From: Candidatus Latescibacterota bacterium
GTDB taxonomy: Bacteria > Latescibacterota > UBA2968
Assembly: GCA_965116885.1 (NCBI GenBank)
Contig: OZ220741.1
Coordinates: forward strand, 2,048,001-2,112,000
Direction of reading: 5' to 3'
Length of the DNA stretch: 64,000 nucleotides
Program-made: the position numbers and the translations under genes
Shown here: one piece after another, positions 28,987-37,423 of the stretch
How positions within the stretch are numbered: the first letter of the stretch is position 1
Layout: the number at the start of each line of letters is the position of its first letter
The notes under the pieces: generated by a model
What the model saw: the letters and a program-made list of their open reading frames with translations, nothing else
The model's database searches: none
Told to the model about the DNA's origin: nothing

Positions 28987-30027
28987 CTATAGATTAACGC
29001 GCAGATTGCCCGCGTGGTGGGAGTCCAATATGCCCAGCATGATTTGAAGCGTTTTTCTGGCTTCGCGCGCGGGCGAGACGAGTGTGCCGCCGTTTTCCAG
29101 GATGTGGATGAGTTCTGTGACTGCGCCAATTTGTCGGATCGATATATACGGCTCTACGGGGACTGCTGCATGAGACCACCAGCGCGGCTCTTGTTGGGTA
29201 ATGACCTCGAATTTTTGATCTGAGATTTCAATCCGTCCATTTTCACACGTCAGAGAAAATTTTGATCCGTTAAACGCCATTTTGTGGCAGTTGTAAAATG
29301 CGCGTACGCCATTGTCAAAATGGATATACGCAGAGGCATAAGGGTCGGTCGCGGGATCGTGCCCGCCATCGCCTTTGTATTCGGTGAAGTGCTCGAATCC
29401 GGGTTCCAGTTCGCCGACCAACCATTCGGGGTTTGCTTCGGCAAAAAAGCACATCATGTCGATCATGTGCGTGCCGTTGCGGAACATCATGGCGCGCGTC
29501 CCAAATTGGTCGCAGACGATGGTTCGCAAACGGCCCATTTCGCCGGATCGGATCATTTCCCTTGCTTGTAGATAACTCGGATACCAGCGGCGCGTGTGTT
29601 CGATCGAGAGCAATACGTTATTTGCTTCTGTGGCTCCGATCATGCGGTCGGCGTCGTCCATGGTTGTGGCAATGGGTTTTTCGCACAGGATTGCCTGGGC
29701 GGATCCCTCGGCGGCGGCTACTGTGATATCGGCGTGTGCGTGATCAGATGTCGCGACACTGACGAAGTCGGGCTGCTCTTTGTCCAGCATTTCCCTGAAA
29801 TCTGTGTACGTGTTCACATCGGGCCAGACGTCGCCCCATCGCTCGCAGAAGTCATCCAGTACCTCCTGGCGCAGGTCGCATACGCCGACGACTTCTGTCT
29901 GTGCGTGTTTGTGGTATGCCGATGCATGAGACGGTGGCATGGCGCCAAAGACGGGTCCTCTCGTTTCATGCGGGCGGCTGGCGCCAATGCCCGTCAAGCC
30001 TACGATTACAGCGCGGTATGTGTTCAT
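28987..30027 (-). CDS. Gfo/Idh/MocA-family oxidoreductase
   Basis: GGAGG RBS; 'CEKPIA', 'HTRRW', 'NGTHMID'. Confidence 0.85.
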   Translation of the reverse strand: MNTYRAVIVGLTGIGASRPHETRGPVFGAMPPSHASAYHKHAQTEVVGVCDLRQEVLDDFCERWGDVWPDVNTYTDFREMLDKEQPDFVSVATSDHAHADITVAAAEGSAQAILCEKPIATTMDDADRMIGATEANNVLLSIEHTRRWYPSYLQAREMIRSGEMGRLRTIVCDQFGTRAMMFRNGTHMIDMMCFFAEANPEWLVGELEPGFEHFTEYKGDGGHDPATDPYASAYIHFDNGVRAFYNCHKMAFNGSKFSLTCENGRIEISDQKFEVITQQEPRWWSHAAVPVEPYISIRQIGAVTELIHILENGGTLVSPAREARKTLQIMLGILDSHHAGNLRVNL

Positions 30028-30043
30028 CTTATTCCTCCCTGGA

Positions 30044-31093
30044 TTAATCCAGTAAGCGGTTAACGACGTGGTCTTCTGCGGCGATGAGGGGATGTTGCTC
30101 ATTTTGCAACGGCAAGGTGACGGGTTCGCCTGTGTGTGCGGCTTGATAGGCGGCTGTTGTGAGCAGGGCAACGGATAGTCCCTCTTCTGCGCTGGTGACA
30201 GGTGTTGTGTCTTGTTCGATGCAGTCGATGAGATGCGCCACACCTGCTGCCATACCCGCTGCTCTGGGCGGTGGCGTATCGACGAGTTTTCCGTTGACGG
30301 AATATCCCAGGCGATCTACTTGAACCCACGCGCCTTCTCCTGTGATGTTGACGCAATCAAATGTGGCATCCTCGCTTCGTGCCTTTGATCGTCCTGCGGT
30401 GAGTGTTGCCGTGAAATCGGGATATTCACACCAGAGCGTGGCGATGTCTTCTGTGCCAAATTGCTCGTATTCCTCAAAGTAGAGATTTTGCATTTGGCAA
30501 CTCACCCTGTTGGGCATACCAAAAAACCAGAGCAGAGCATCCACGGTATGGCTGCCCAAATTCATCAGTTCACCCCCACCATTTTGCACGGCTGGTGTCG
30601 GATAGCTTACATAAGCCATGAGGTCGCCAAAGAATTGCTTCACGCTGTTGTGGGCATACGCGGAGATATGTCCGTATTCGTCCCGGTCAAGGGCTTCTTT
30701 GAGTTTTATCATTGTCGGTGAAAATCGCGATGGGTACGTCAGAAGCACTTTGTTTGATGCGCCTGCGACAGTATCGACAATTTCTCTGGCTTCGACAACG
30801 GTTCGCGCGATGGCTTTATCGACGAGTACGTGTTTGCCGCAATCGAGTGCTTTTTTGATTAGCGTGCGCTTGAGATAGAAGTCCGTGCAGATGGAGACGA
30901 TATCTACGTTCGGGTCTTCCAGGACTGCGTCGTAGTCTTGTGAGACCTCGAGGCCGTAGAGTTGAGATAGTGCCTCGCCTTTGCCTTCGTGGTGCTCTGC
31001 CGCTGCGACGATTTCGCAATCTTCTCGTTCATGCCAGATCGGGCCGTAGGTATTCTGGTGCGCCCGATTGCCAATGAGTCCAATGCGATACAT
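30044..31093 (-). CDS. Gfo/Idh/MocA-family oxidoreductase
   Basis: 'RIGLIG', 'GKHVLVDKA', 'GGGELMNLGSHTVD'. Confidence 0.85.
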   Translation of the reverse strand: MYRIGLIGNRAHQNTYGPIWHEREDCEIVAAAEHHEGKGEALSQLYGLEVSQDYDAVLEDPNVDIVSICTDFYLKRTLIKKALDCGKHVLVDKAIARTVVEAREIVDTVAGASNKVLLTYPSRFSPTMIKLKEALDRDEYGHISAYAHNSVKQFFGDLMAYVSYPTPAVQNGGGELMNLGSHTVDALLWFFGMPNRVSCQMQNLYFEEYEQFGTEDIATLWCEYPDFTATLTAGRSKARSEDATFDCVNITGEGAWVQVDRLGYSVNGKLVDTPPPRAAGMAAGVAHLIDCIEQDTTPVTSAEEGLSVALLTTAAYQAAHTGEPVTLPLQNEQHPLIAAEDHVVNRLLD

Positions 31094-31096
31094 GGT

Positions 31097-31912
31097 TTAT
31101 TTCCCTCCATAAGTGGGCGATGAAAATTCGGGCTGTTGCGACCAGTGGTCAACTTTTCCCATGATGCCGTAGAGTTCGGGTCGCCGGTCGCTCAGATGGT
31201 TTTCATCGGATGCGTCTTTGAGATCGATTTCGTGGATCAATACATCTGGTACATTGGATTGCAATTTTGCCGCGACTTTGCCGCGCGGGTCCGTGATCAG
31301 GGCTACGTTGGGATGTGTGAAGCAGACGAACATCTGATTTTCATAGGATCGCGTGCGCATCCACCATTCATTTTCTTCATGCCACATGCCATAGGTTGGC
31401 ATGAGACAGATTTTCGCACCTTTGAGCCGCAATGTGCGAATTGATTCGGGCCATCGGCGGTCCGCACAAATGACCATGCCCACTGTGCCAATGTCGAGGT
31501 CGAATACGGGCAGGTCATCGCCACGCACAAAGCGGTGATCGTGCGATTGTAGATGCGTTTTGTAATATGTTCCGACAATTTTTCCCGCGCGGTTCACCAA
31601 TATAGCGGCATTGTAAAAATATCCCGCGCGTTTTTCAGTGTATCCAAAAACGATGTGGGTGCGCGATGCGTGCGCCATCTCGCATACCTGTCGGATGTAC
31701 GCGCTTTGCTCGACGTTCTGGGCGACTTCGGCAAAGCGCTCTGCGGTCCAATTTTTTTCGGTTACTGCATATCCATCCAGGAAGCATTCCGGGGTTATGA
31801 AGACATCTGCATCTCCTCCATGTGTCTCAAATTGTTTTTCAAATATCGCCCAATTTTTCTCGACATCCCACTTTTTTGGCATGGCTTTTAGCATGCCGAT
31901 TTTGATTTGCAT
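31097..31912 (-). CDS. Carbon-nitrogen hydrolase (nitrilase superfamily)
   Basis: Catalytic E-K-C in 'TPECF', 'YYKTH', 'ICADR..PE'. Confidence 0.9.
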   Translation of the reverse strand: MQIKIGMLKAMPKKWDVEKNWAIFEKQFETHGGDADVFITPECFLDGYAVTEKNWTAERFAEVAQNVEQSAYIRQVCEMAHASRTHIVFGYTEKRAGYFYNAAILVNRAGKIVGTYYKTHLQSHDHRFVRGDDLPVFDLDIGTVGMVICADRRWPESIRTLRLKGAKICLMPTYGMWHEENEWWMRTRSYENQMFVCFTHPNVALITDPRGKVAAKLQSNVPDVLIHEIDLKDASDENHLSDRRPELYGIMGKVDHWSQQPEFSSPTYGGK

Positions 31913-31922
31913 GTTGTTTCTC

Positions 31923-33071
31923 CTATTCCACACCTCTCAGAGCTTGTTCAAAATCCGCGCATAAGTCCTCTGCAGCTTCAATGCCGACTGCTACGCGGAT
32001 CAGTCGTTCGGAGATTCCCGCGTCGCGTCGTTCCTCTTCGGTGAGTCCGGAGTGCGATGTTTGGACGGGGCGGGTGATGAGTGTTTCGATGCCGCCCAGG
32101 CTGGGTGCGGAGATTGGCAATTGTAGTTTCGATATTACTGCGTCAGCTACATGGCTGTCGCCAGCTATTTCAAAACTCAATACGCCACCACATCCGTTAA
32201 ATAGCTTTTTTGCACAGTTGTGTTGTGGATGGCTGGGTGAGCCAGGGTAATTTACGCGTTCTACTGCGGGATGTTTTTCCAGGAAAGCAGCCAATGCGTG
32301 TGCGTTTTCGTTTTGTTTTTCCACGCGCAGGACGAGTGTTTTCATGCCGCGCAATAGGAGAGAGCAGGCGTGTGTGTCCAGGCAGCCGCCCATGACGTTC
32401 AGGCGGTGCGTTATGCGGGTGATTAGTTCGCGCGATCCGATCGCGCAGCCAGCTACGATATCCGAATGTCCGTTCAGGTATTTTGTGCAGCTGTGCAAGG
32501 AGAGGTCAAAGCCGATTTGCAGGGGGCGGAAGTTTACCGGGGAGGCAAAGGTGTTGTCGATCATGGAGATGAGGTTGTGGGATTGGGCAAAGGCGACGAC
32601 GGATGGGAGGTCGGCGACTTCGAGGAGGGGGTTGCTCATGGTTTCGACATAGATGGCGCGGGTTTCGGGGCGGATGAGTTTTTCCCATTCATGTGGCGCG
32701 TTTCCGGATACGAAATCCACGTCGATTCCGAAGTCGGCGATGTCGCGTGCCAAAAAGACGCGCGTTCCGCCGTAGAGACAATTTTGTGCGAGGAGGTGGT
32801 CGCCTTTTTTTAGTACGGTTAATAGGGCAGTGGTTATCGCTGCCATGCCCGATGCGGTGACTACGGCGGCTTCTCCGCCCGCAATTTGCGCCAGTTTTTC
32901 ATGGACTACGGTGTGATTGGGGGTGTTGTTCAGGCGAAGATATTTTATGTCGTGATAACTGTCTTCACTGCTGTATGAAAATGTGGCGCTCTGAAATACG
33001 GGCAGCGCGACCGCGCCTTCGTATTTTTTTTCTTCTTCACCTGCGTGGATTAGTTGTGTTTCAAGGTTCAT
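31923..33071 (-). CDS. PLP-dependent Cys/Met metabolism enzyme (cystathionine gamma-synthase / methionine gamma-lyase family)
   Basis: 'SGMAAI', 'YGGT', 'DNTFASP', PLP Lys in 'HSCTKYLNGHSD', 'SLGGIETL'. Confidence 0.9.
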   Translation of the reverse strand: MNLETQLIHAGEEEKKYEGAVALPVFQSATFSYSSEDSYHDIKYLRLNNTPNHTVVHEKLAQIAGGEAAVVTASGMAAITTALLTVLKKGDHLLAQNCLYGGTRVFLARDIADFGIDVDFVSGNAPHEWEKLIRPETRAIYVETMSNPLLEVADLPSVVAFAQSHNLISMIDNTFASPVNFRPLQIGFDLSLHSCTKYLNGHSDIVAGCAIGSRELITRITHRLNVMGGCLDTHACSLLLRGMKTLVLRVEKQNENAHALAAFLEKHPAVERVNYPGSPSHPQHNCAKKLFNGCGGVLSFEIAGDSHVADAVISKLQLPISAPSLGGIETLITRPVQTSHSGLTEEERRDAGISERLIRVAVGIEAAEDLCADFEQALRGVE

Positions 33072-33089
33072 GAGTGGTTCCTCGGTTGT

Positions 33090-33116
33090 GTAGGGGCGGT
33101 GCCCCTGTGCCCGCCC
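33090..33116 (+). repeat. GTAG-type REP element
   Basis: GTAGGGGCGGTGCCCCTGTGCCCGCCC. Confidence 0.75.
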
Positions 33117-33238
33117 GCGCTAAGATAGGCGTTATGAATTATTGTCCTCATCCTTGCTCTATGATTATACATTTCGGTGTTGGGAGCAACCCAAAACACC
33201 ATTGCCTTATGCTCTCCGGGATAATTGCCCGTTTCCGC

Positions 33239-33267
33239 TTGACAGTATATGGCAGTTTTGATACTTT
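33239..33267 (+). promoter_or_regulatory. Putative sigma70 promoter for tRNA-Arg
   Basis: TTGACA-N17-TACTTT. Confidence 0.5.
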
Positions 33268-33320
33268 TATTCGTCTTACGACATTGTGTTGTCTCAAATA
33301 TACTTAAGTTCTTGATTTTA

Positions 33321-33397
33321 GCGGATGTAGCTCAACTGGATAGAGCACCTGACTACGGATCAGACGGTTCCGGGTTCGAATCCTGGCATCCGCACCA
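33321..33397 (+). tRNA. tRNA-Arg(ACG)
   Basis: Acceptor stem GCGGATG/CATCCGC, anticodon loop CT-ACG-GA, T-loop GTTCGAATC, encoded CCA. Confidence 0.95.
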
Positions 33398-33403
33398 GAT
33401 AAG

Positions 33404-33440
33404 AAAAAGGGGTTACATCGCAATGGTGTAACCCTTTTTT
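33404..33440 (+). terminator. Intrinsic terminator after tRNA-Arg
   Basis: AAAAAGGGGTTACATCgcaatGGTGTAACCCTTTTTT. Confidence 0.8.
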
Positions 33441-33463
33441 CAAAAATAAAGGCGGGGAGTTAT

Positions 33464-34714
33464 ATGACGCACTTTTTGAGACATAGCCTGTTTGCTCTGC
33501 TGGCTGTTTTTCTGTCTTTCCACCCGATTTTTGCTGCTGAAATTCCCCAGGGAGATCCCGGAGAGTTGGGGTTTTCTGCGGAACGCCTTGCGAAGATCCA
33601 ACCGACAATGCAAGCGCTCGTGGATTCTGGGAAGTTTGCAGGTGTTTTGACGTTGATCGCTCGAAAGGGCAAGATTGTGCATTTTGAGACTGCGGGTTTG
33701 CGGGATCGGGAATCGAATAAGCCGATGACTGAGGATACGCTTTTTCGCATTTATTCTATGACCAAACCGGTTACCAGTGTTGCTATTATGATGCTTTACG
33801 AAGCGGGCAAGCTGAAGCTGGACGATCCGGTGTCTAAGTTTATTCCCGAGTTTGCCGAGACAAAGGTTTATACGGGTGGCGGGACCGAGAGTCCTGTTCT
33901 GGTGCCGCTCGAGCGCGAGATAACGATTGCGAATTTGTTGTCGCATACGTCTGGTTTGACGTACGGCATTTTTGGGCAGACGTCCGTGGATACGCTTTAT
34001 CGGATTGCGAATCTGTATTCGTTCAATTCAAATGTCAAATATGCGCAGAAGGTGGCCCAGTTGCCTTTGCGTTTTCAGCCCGGGACGCGATGGCTCTATA
34101 GCGTAGCGACCGATATCCTCGGCAGTGTGGTTGAGGTCGCTTCCGGTATGTCTTTGGGCGCGTTTTTTACAGAGCGCATTTTTGTGCCTTTGGAGATGGT
34201 CGATACGAGTTTTTACGTGCCTGAGGACAAGCGCGATCGCCTGGCTACGGTGTATGGTAAGGACGATGAGGGTAATTTGGATGCGCGTAGCCTTCGGAGC
34301 AATACGCGGCGCAATGCACGGGAGTCCGGTGGTGGCGGGTTGGTGAGTACGGCGCGGGATTATCTCCGCTTTTCCCAGATGTTGCTCAATGGGGGCGAGT
34401 TGTACGGTACGCGCATTTTGAAGCCGGAGACGATCCAGCTTATGGCGAGCAATCATTTGCCAGAGACGGCGCGTTACCGACACCGCCAGCGCAAGAGCGA
34501 TGGTTTTGGCTATGGTTTTTCTGTGATTGTGGATGAGACGGAGACGGCGTGGGAGGATAGGAATGGGACGTATTACTGGTCGGGTATTGCCAAGACGCAT
34601 TTCTGGATTGATCCGCAGAATGAGATGGTTTCTATGGTGTGGACCCAGTTGCGCGGGTCGGGCAATATTACGCGGGCTTTCCAGCCTCTGGTTTACGAAG
34701 CACTTGTAGAGTAG
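33464..34714 (+). CDS. Secreted serine hydrolase, beta-lactamase/esterase family VIII-like
   Basis: Signal peptide; SxxK 'SMTK', 'LLSHTSGL', 'FQPG.RWLYS', 'GGGLVST'. Confidence 0.9.
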   Translation: MTHFLRHSLFALLAVFLSFHPIFAAEIPQGDPGELGFSAERLAKIQPTMQALVDSGKFAGVLTLIARKGKIVHFETAGLRDRESNKPMTEDTLFRIYSMTKPVTSVAIMMLYEAGKLKLDDPVSKFIPEFAETKVYTGGGTESPVLVPLEREITIANLLSHTSGLTYGIFGQTSVDTLYRIANLYSFNSNVKYAQKVAQLPLRFQPGTRWLYSVATDILGSVVEVASGMSLGAFFTERIFVPLEMVDTSFYVPEDKRDRLATVYGKDDEGNLDARSLRSNTRRNARESGGGGLVSTARDYLRFSQMLLNGGELYGTRILKPETIQLMASNHLPETARYRHRQRKSDGFGYGFSVIVDETETAWEDRNGTYYWSGIAKTHFWIDPQNEMVSMVWTQLRGSGNITRAFQPLVYEALVE

Positions 34715-34720
34715 GGAGGC

Positions 34721-34749
34721 TTGACAAAAGTATCGAACTTTATTAGGTT
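34721..34749 (+). promoter_or_regulatory. Putative sigma70 promoter for tRNA-Glu
   Basis: TTGACA-N17-TAGGTT, 20 nt upstream of the tRNA. Confidence 0.6.
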
Positions 34750-34769
34750 GTCGCCATCTTGTTGTGAGT

Positions 34770-34845
34770 GACCCCGTCGTTCAGTGGCCTAGGACACCAG
34801 ACTCTCACTCTGGAGACGGGGGTTCGACTCCCCTCGGGGTCACCA
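34770..34845 (+). tRNA. tRNA-Glu(CTC)
   Basis: Acceptor stem GACCCCG/CGGGGTC, anticodon stem CCAGA/TCTGG with loop CT-CTC-AC, T-loop GTTCGACTC, CCA end. Confidence 0.95.
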
Positions 34846-34870
34846 AAAATATATTGTTTTTCAGATATCA

Positions 34871-34911
34871 AAAAGGTCGTGAGGAATAAACCCTCACGAC
34901 CTTTTGTTTTT
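34871..34911 (+). terminator. tRNA-Glu terminator; also the left copy of the island-bounding repeat
   Basis: AAAAGGTCGTGAGG-aataaac-CCTCACGACCTTTT followed by a T tract. Confidence 0.85.
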
Positions 34912-34962
34912 CGTTTTGATTTTTTGGGGCTGGCGGGGAAAATACTGGCGGATGTGTGATAT

Positions 34963-35328
34963 TTATGTATGGTGTTTTTGATAAAAGTCTTTTACTGTTG
35001 GTGGTGTCTCATCTGATTGGCAAAGACCCTGTCGAATTTTGACCAATAGTTCCTGTGATATAGGCGGTGCGTTGCTACAGTCACGTAGAATGATTCTGCT
35101 TCTCCATTCTTCAATTAGACAAGCATCCTCATAGTAGATAATTGATTTTTTACTGATATTTGGATGGTCGTCAGGCGAGAGTATGCATGTTTCATCTGAT
35201 CCTCTACGCCATGAAGTTACATTCACCATTATTGTTTGTGGTGGATTGCCTACACACTCTGTTAAAAACAAATATAAGTGCCCACCGCCCAGATCATCGA
35301 GCCATACGCATCTTCCCGCTAATAACAT
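34963..35328 (-). CDS. Putative toxin (possibly PemK/MazF-like fold) downstream of the Panacea antitoxin
   Basis: Starts 2 nt after the DUF4065 stop; 'HLYLFL...MVNVTS...DETCIL..DDHP.I...SIIYY' pattern; fold assignment is inference. Confidence 0.55.
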   Translation of the reverse strand: MLLAGRCVWLDDLGGGHLYLFLTECVGNPPQTIMVNVTSWRRGSDETCILSPDDHPNISKKSIIYYEDACLIEEWRSRIILRDCSNAPPISQELLVKIRQGLCQSDETPPTVKDFYQKHHT

Positions 35329-35330
35329 AT

Positions 35331-35957
35331 TTATCTCGTATTATCATTCTCCATATTTCTAAGCATATTTTCAAACTTTGCTTTTGCATCAAATTCTTGC
35401 CTGATTGTTATTAGATCCTCGTCAGACCATCCCGTAGCTTTAAGCAAGGTATTCCAATCTATGGGATTAGATGAACCCCCTGGATCATCAAACTCTGGTA
35501 GAGAGTGCAGATGGTTCTTTAATTGCCCAAAGGATTTATTTCCAAATTCCTTAAATACATCATTTATCAGATCAAGTTGTGCTTGTGATAGTTCATCACT
35601 GCTTATATCGTCTTTAATTAGTTTAATAATATACCCTTGTGGTCTGGAAAAATATTGAGACCAGTATTCGCCTTCCCAGGGTTTGCAAACAAGATCGTAT
35701 GTATGACTTGGCGTTGGTCCAAATGGTAGATTATACGGACGGTCAAAAGTCACGGGACGACCACGACGCTCCAAAGAGGTTCTATCAATGAGGTATATCA
35801 ATTTGACAAGTTTATACACACTAATTTGACCGCCAGAATAATGTGCAAGTAAAGCAGCAACTTGCGTTGTCCTGCGCTCATTAAACTCAGGAATATCTAA
35901 TAGACTTGTATCAACCATGATAGTATCAGACATTTTCAAGTCCTTTGAACGTGTCAT
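35331..35957 (-). CDS. Panacea-domain (DUF4065/SocA-like) antitoxin; start may be 35933 or 35918
   Basis: 'KLVKLIYLIDR..L...GRPVTFD..YNLPFGP.PS..YD', 'ELS......I..V...FG......L....H.LPE'. Confidence 0.8.
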   Translation of the reverse strand: MTRSKDLKMSDTIMVDTSLLDIPEFNERRTTQVAALLAHYSGGQISVYKLVKLIYLIDRTSLERRGRPVTFDRPYNLPFGPTPSHTYDLVCKPWEGEYWSQYFSRPQGYIIKLIKDDISSDELSQAQLDLINDVFKEFGNKSFGQLKNHLHSLPEFDDPGGSSNPIDWNTLLKATGWSDEDLITIRQEFDAKAKFENMLRNMENDNTR

Positions 35958-36065
35958 AAAATATTACGACACATATTTCGTTGTATTATAGCTCAAATAT
36001 ACAAAGAAAGCAATTTCCCCAAAATCTGAAATGATCCAGCTCAAAATACGAAACTCTGCATGAGA

Positions 36066-37334
36066 TCACTCCGGAAGATGGACATCTTCCTCGCCATCGT
36101 CTTTAATTCCCATGTAGTGTAGCACTTCGTCTATGACATCATCAAATTCCACTTGCTTTGCAAGATTGACCAATTTGTCATAAGTAATTTTGTCGCGTCG
36201 ATGGGCTTCGATAGCCATACCCGTGAAATTGAGCGCAAAATTACTAAAGGGGTGTTCTCGCTCTTTTTTTTCTATGTTCAGACGTCGTGCAATTCGCCGT
36301 GCTTTCTCTTTTTCTTGGAAAAGTTGGTCAAATAATTCTTCGGAAAGAAATTTGGTGTTTCTCAATCGGTACAAGGCGGCTTCAAAGCTAATTCCAAAGT
36401 ATGCACAGAACTTGACGACGTCGTAAAGCGTAATGATTTGCCAGGATGCCAGGCGGCGGTAATGTCCTACAAGAGGATCAGGATCAGGTTGCTCGGTATA
36501 GGCCAACAGTCTTTCTCTACTGGCGGACGCCCCTTTATCGATATTTTTTAGAAATTGACTCACGCCTTCTTCTGGCATGAGAAACGCCGCTGCAAAAGCA
36601 TTCGCACGCACTTCGAATAAATCGCGGTCATTTGAAATTTTACTGATGGCACTGACTTTATCACGGTCAAGCAATATGTGACCGTATTCATGGGCTATGG
36701 TAAATGCGACTCGGGCTTTCGCTCTATCAAGATGCACTTCGTTGATGAAGATGCACAGCTGTATCTCCGCTTCGACCATAAAAATACCCGATATCTGATC
36801 GTCCAAACGGATTTCAATAACCGGTATCCCCTGAGATTCCACCAATTCAGCCATGTCGCGTATGGGATTAATGCCCAACCTGAGACGACTTCGTTCCGCC
36901 TCTGCTGCATGTTCACCCATTTGAATGGCTTCCCAAACATTTTTGGGTTCACCATAGTCATATACAGGCGGTAGGTTCCGTTCTTGATCTAGTTCTAAAA
37001 GTTTTTGCAGATTTCCATATTCTCTCAAGAGTTCGTGTGCGTCCCTCAAGGATTTATAGAAGATATGATTTTGTAAGAGGTCTGGATGAGCGCGAAATAG
37101 AACAGCCAGCGCGTCTTTCTCGACAGGCTTTTCTTCTACGAAACTGGCCATATCTCGTCCATAAAGACGCGATAGACGCATGAGTTCAAGTGAACTGACC
37201 GCCCGGTGTCCCGACTCGATTTGAGAAATTGCAACACGGGTGAGCGCAACGTGATCAGCAACCTGCTGTTGGGTCAACCCGATTGCTTCACGCGCACTTT
37301 TTAATCGCTGTCCCAACTCTCGCTGCGTCAACAT
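36066..37334 (-). CDS. XRE-family HTH fused to ImmA/IrrE (peptidase M78) metallopeptidase
   Basis: GAGGAG RBS; HTH 'LGQRLKSARE..GLTQQQVA......RVAISQIESG.R'; HExxH 'FTIAHEYGH'; 'EVRANAFAAAFLMP'. Confidence 0.9.
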   Translation of the reverse strand: MLTQRELGQRLKSAREAIGLTQQQVADHVALTRVAISQIESGHRAVSSLELMRLSRLYGRDMASFVEEKPVEKDALAVLFRAHPDLLQNHIFYKSLRDAHELLREYGNLQKLLELDQERNLPPVYDYGEPKNVWEAIQMGEHAAEAERSRLRLGINPIRDMAELVESQGIPVIEIRLDDQISGIFMVEAEIQLCIFINEVHLDRAKARVAFTIAHEYGHILLDRDKVSAISKISNDRDLFEVRANAFAAAFLMPEEGVSQFLKNIDKGASASRERLLAYTEQPDPDPLVGHYRRLASWQIITLYDVVKFCAYFGISFEAALYRLRNTKFLSEELFDQLFQEKEKARRIARRLNIEKKEREHPFSNFALNFTGMAIEAHRRDKITYDKLVNLAKQVEFDDVIDEVLHYMGIKDDGEEDVHLPE

Positions 37335-37344
37335 TGTATTATCT

Positions 37345-37423
37345 CCTCTACATGAGTAACTATCGCCACTGGTCAATTGGAACCTGAAGATACCCAATTG
37401 TCCCCTCTACATGTAGTAACTAT
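37345..37423. repeat. 19/20-bp direct repeat duplicating the pAgo 3' end, flanking a small inverted repeat
   Basis: cctctacatg-agtaactat (37345-37363) vs cctctacatgtagtaactat (37404-37423); CAATTGG...CCAATTG between them. Confidence 0.7.

Noticed and set aside
33321..33397. tRNA-Arg as a pseudogene because of a C:A mismatch at the top of the anticodon stem
   Set aside because: All other stems, CCA, promoter and terminator are intact; single mismatches at this position are tolerated
33464..34714. Beta-lactam resistance gene inserted between two tRNAs
   Set aside because: Motifs fit the broad serine hydrolase/esterase family, composition looks native and no att duplication is visible
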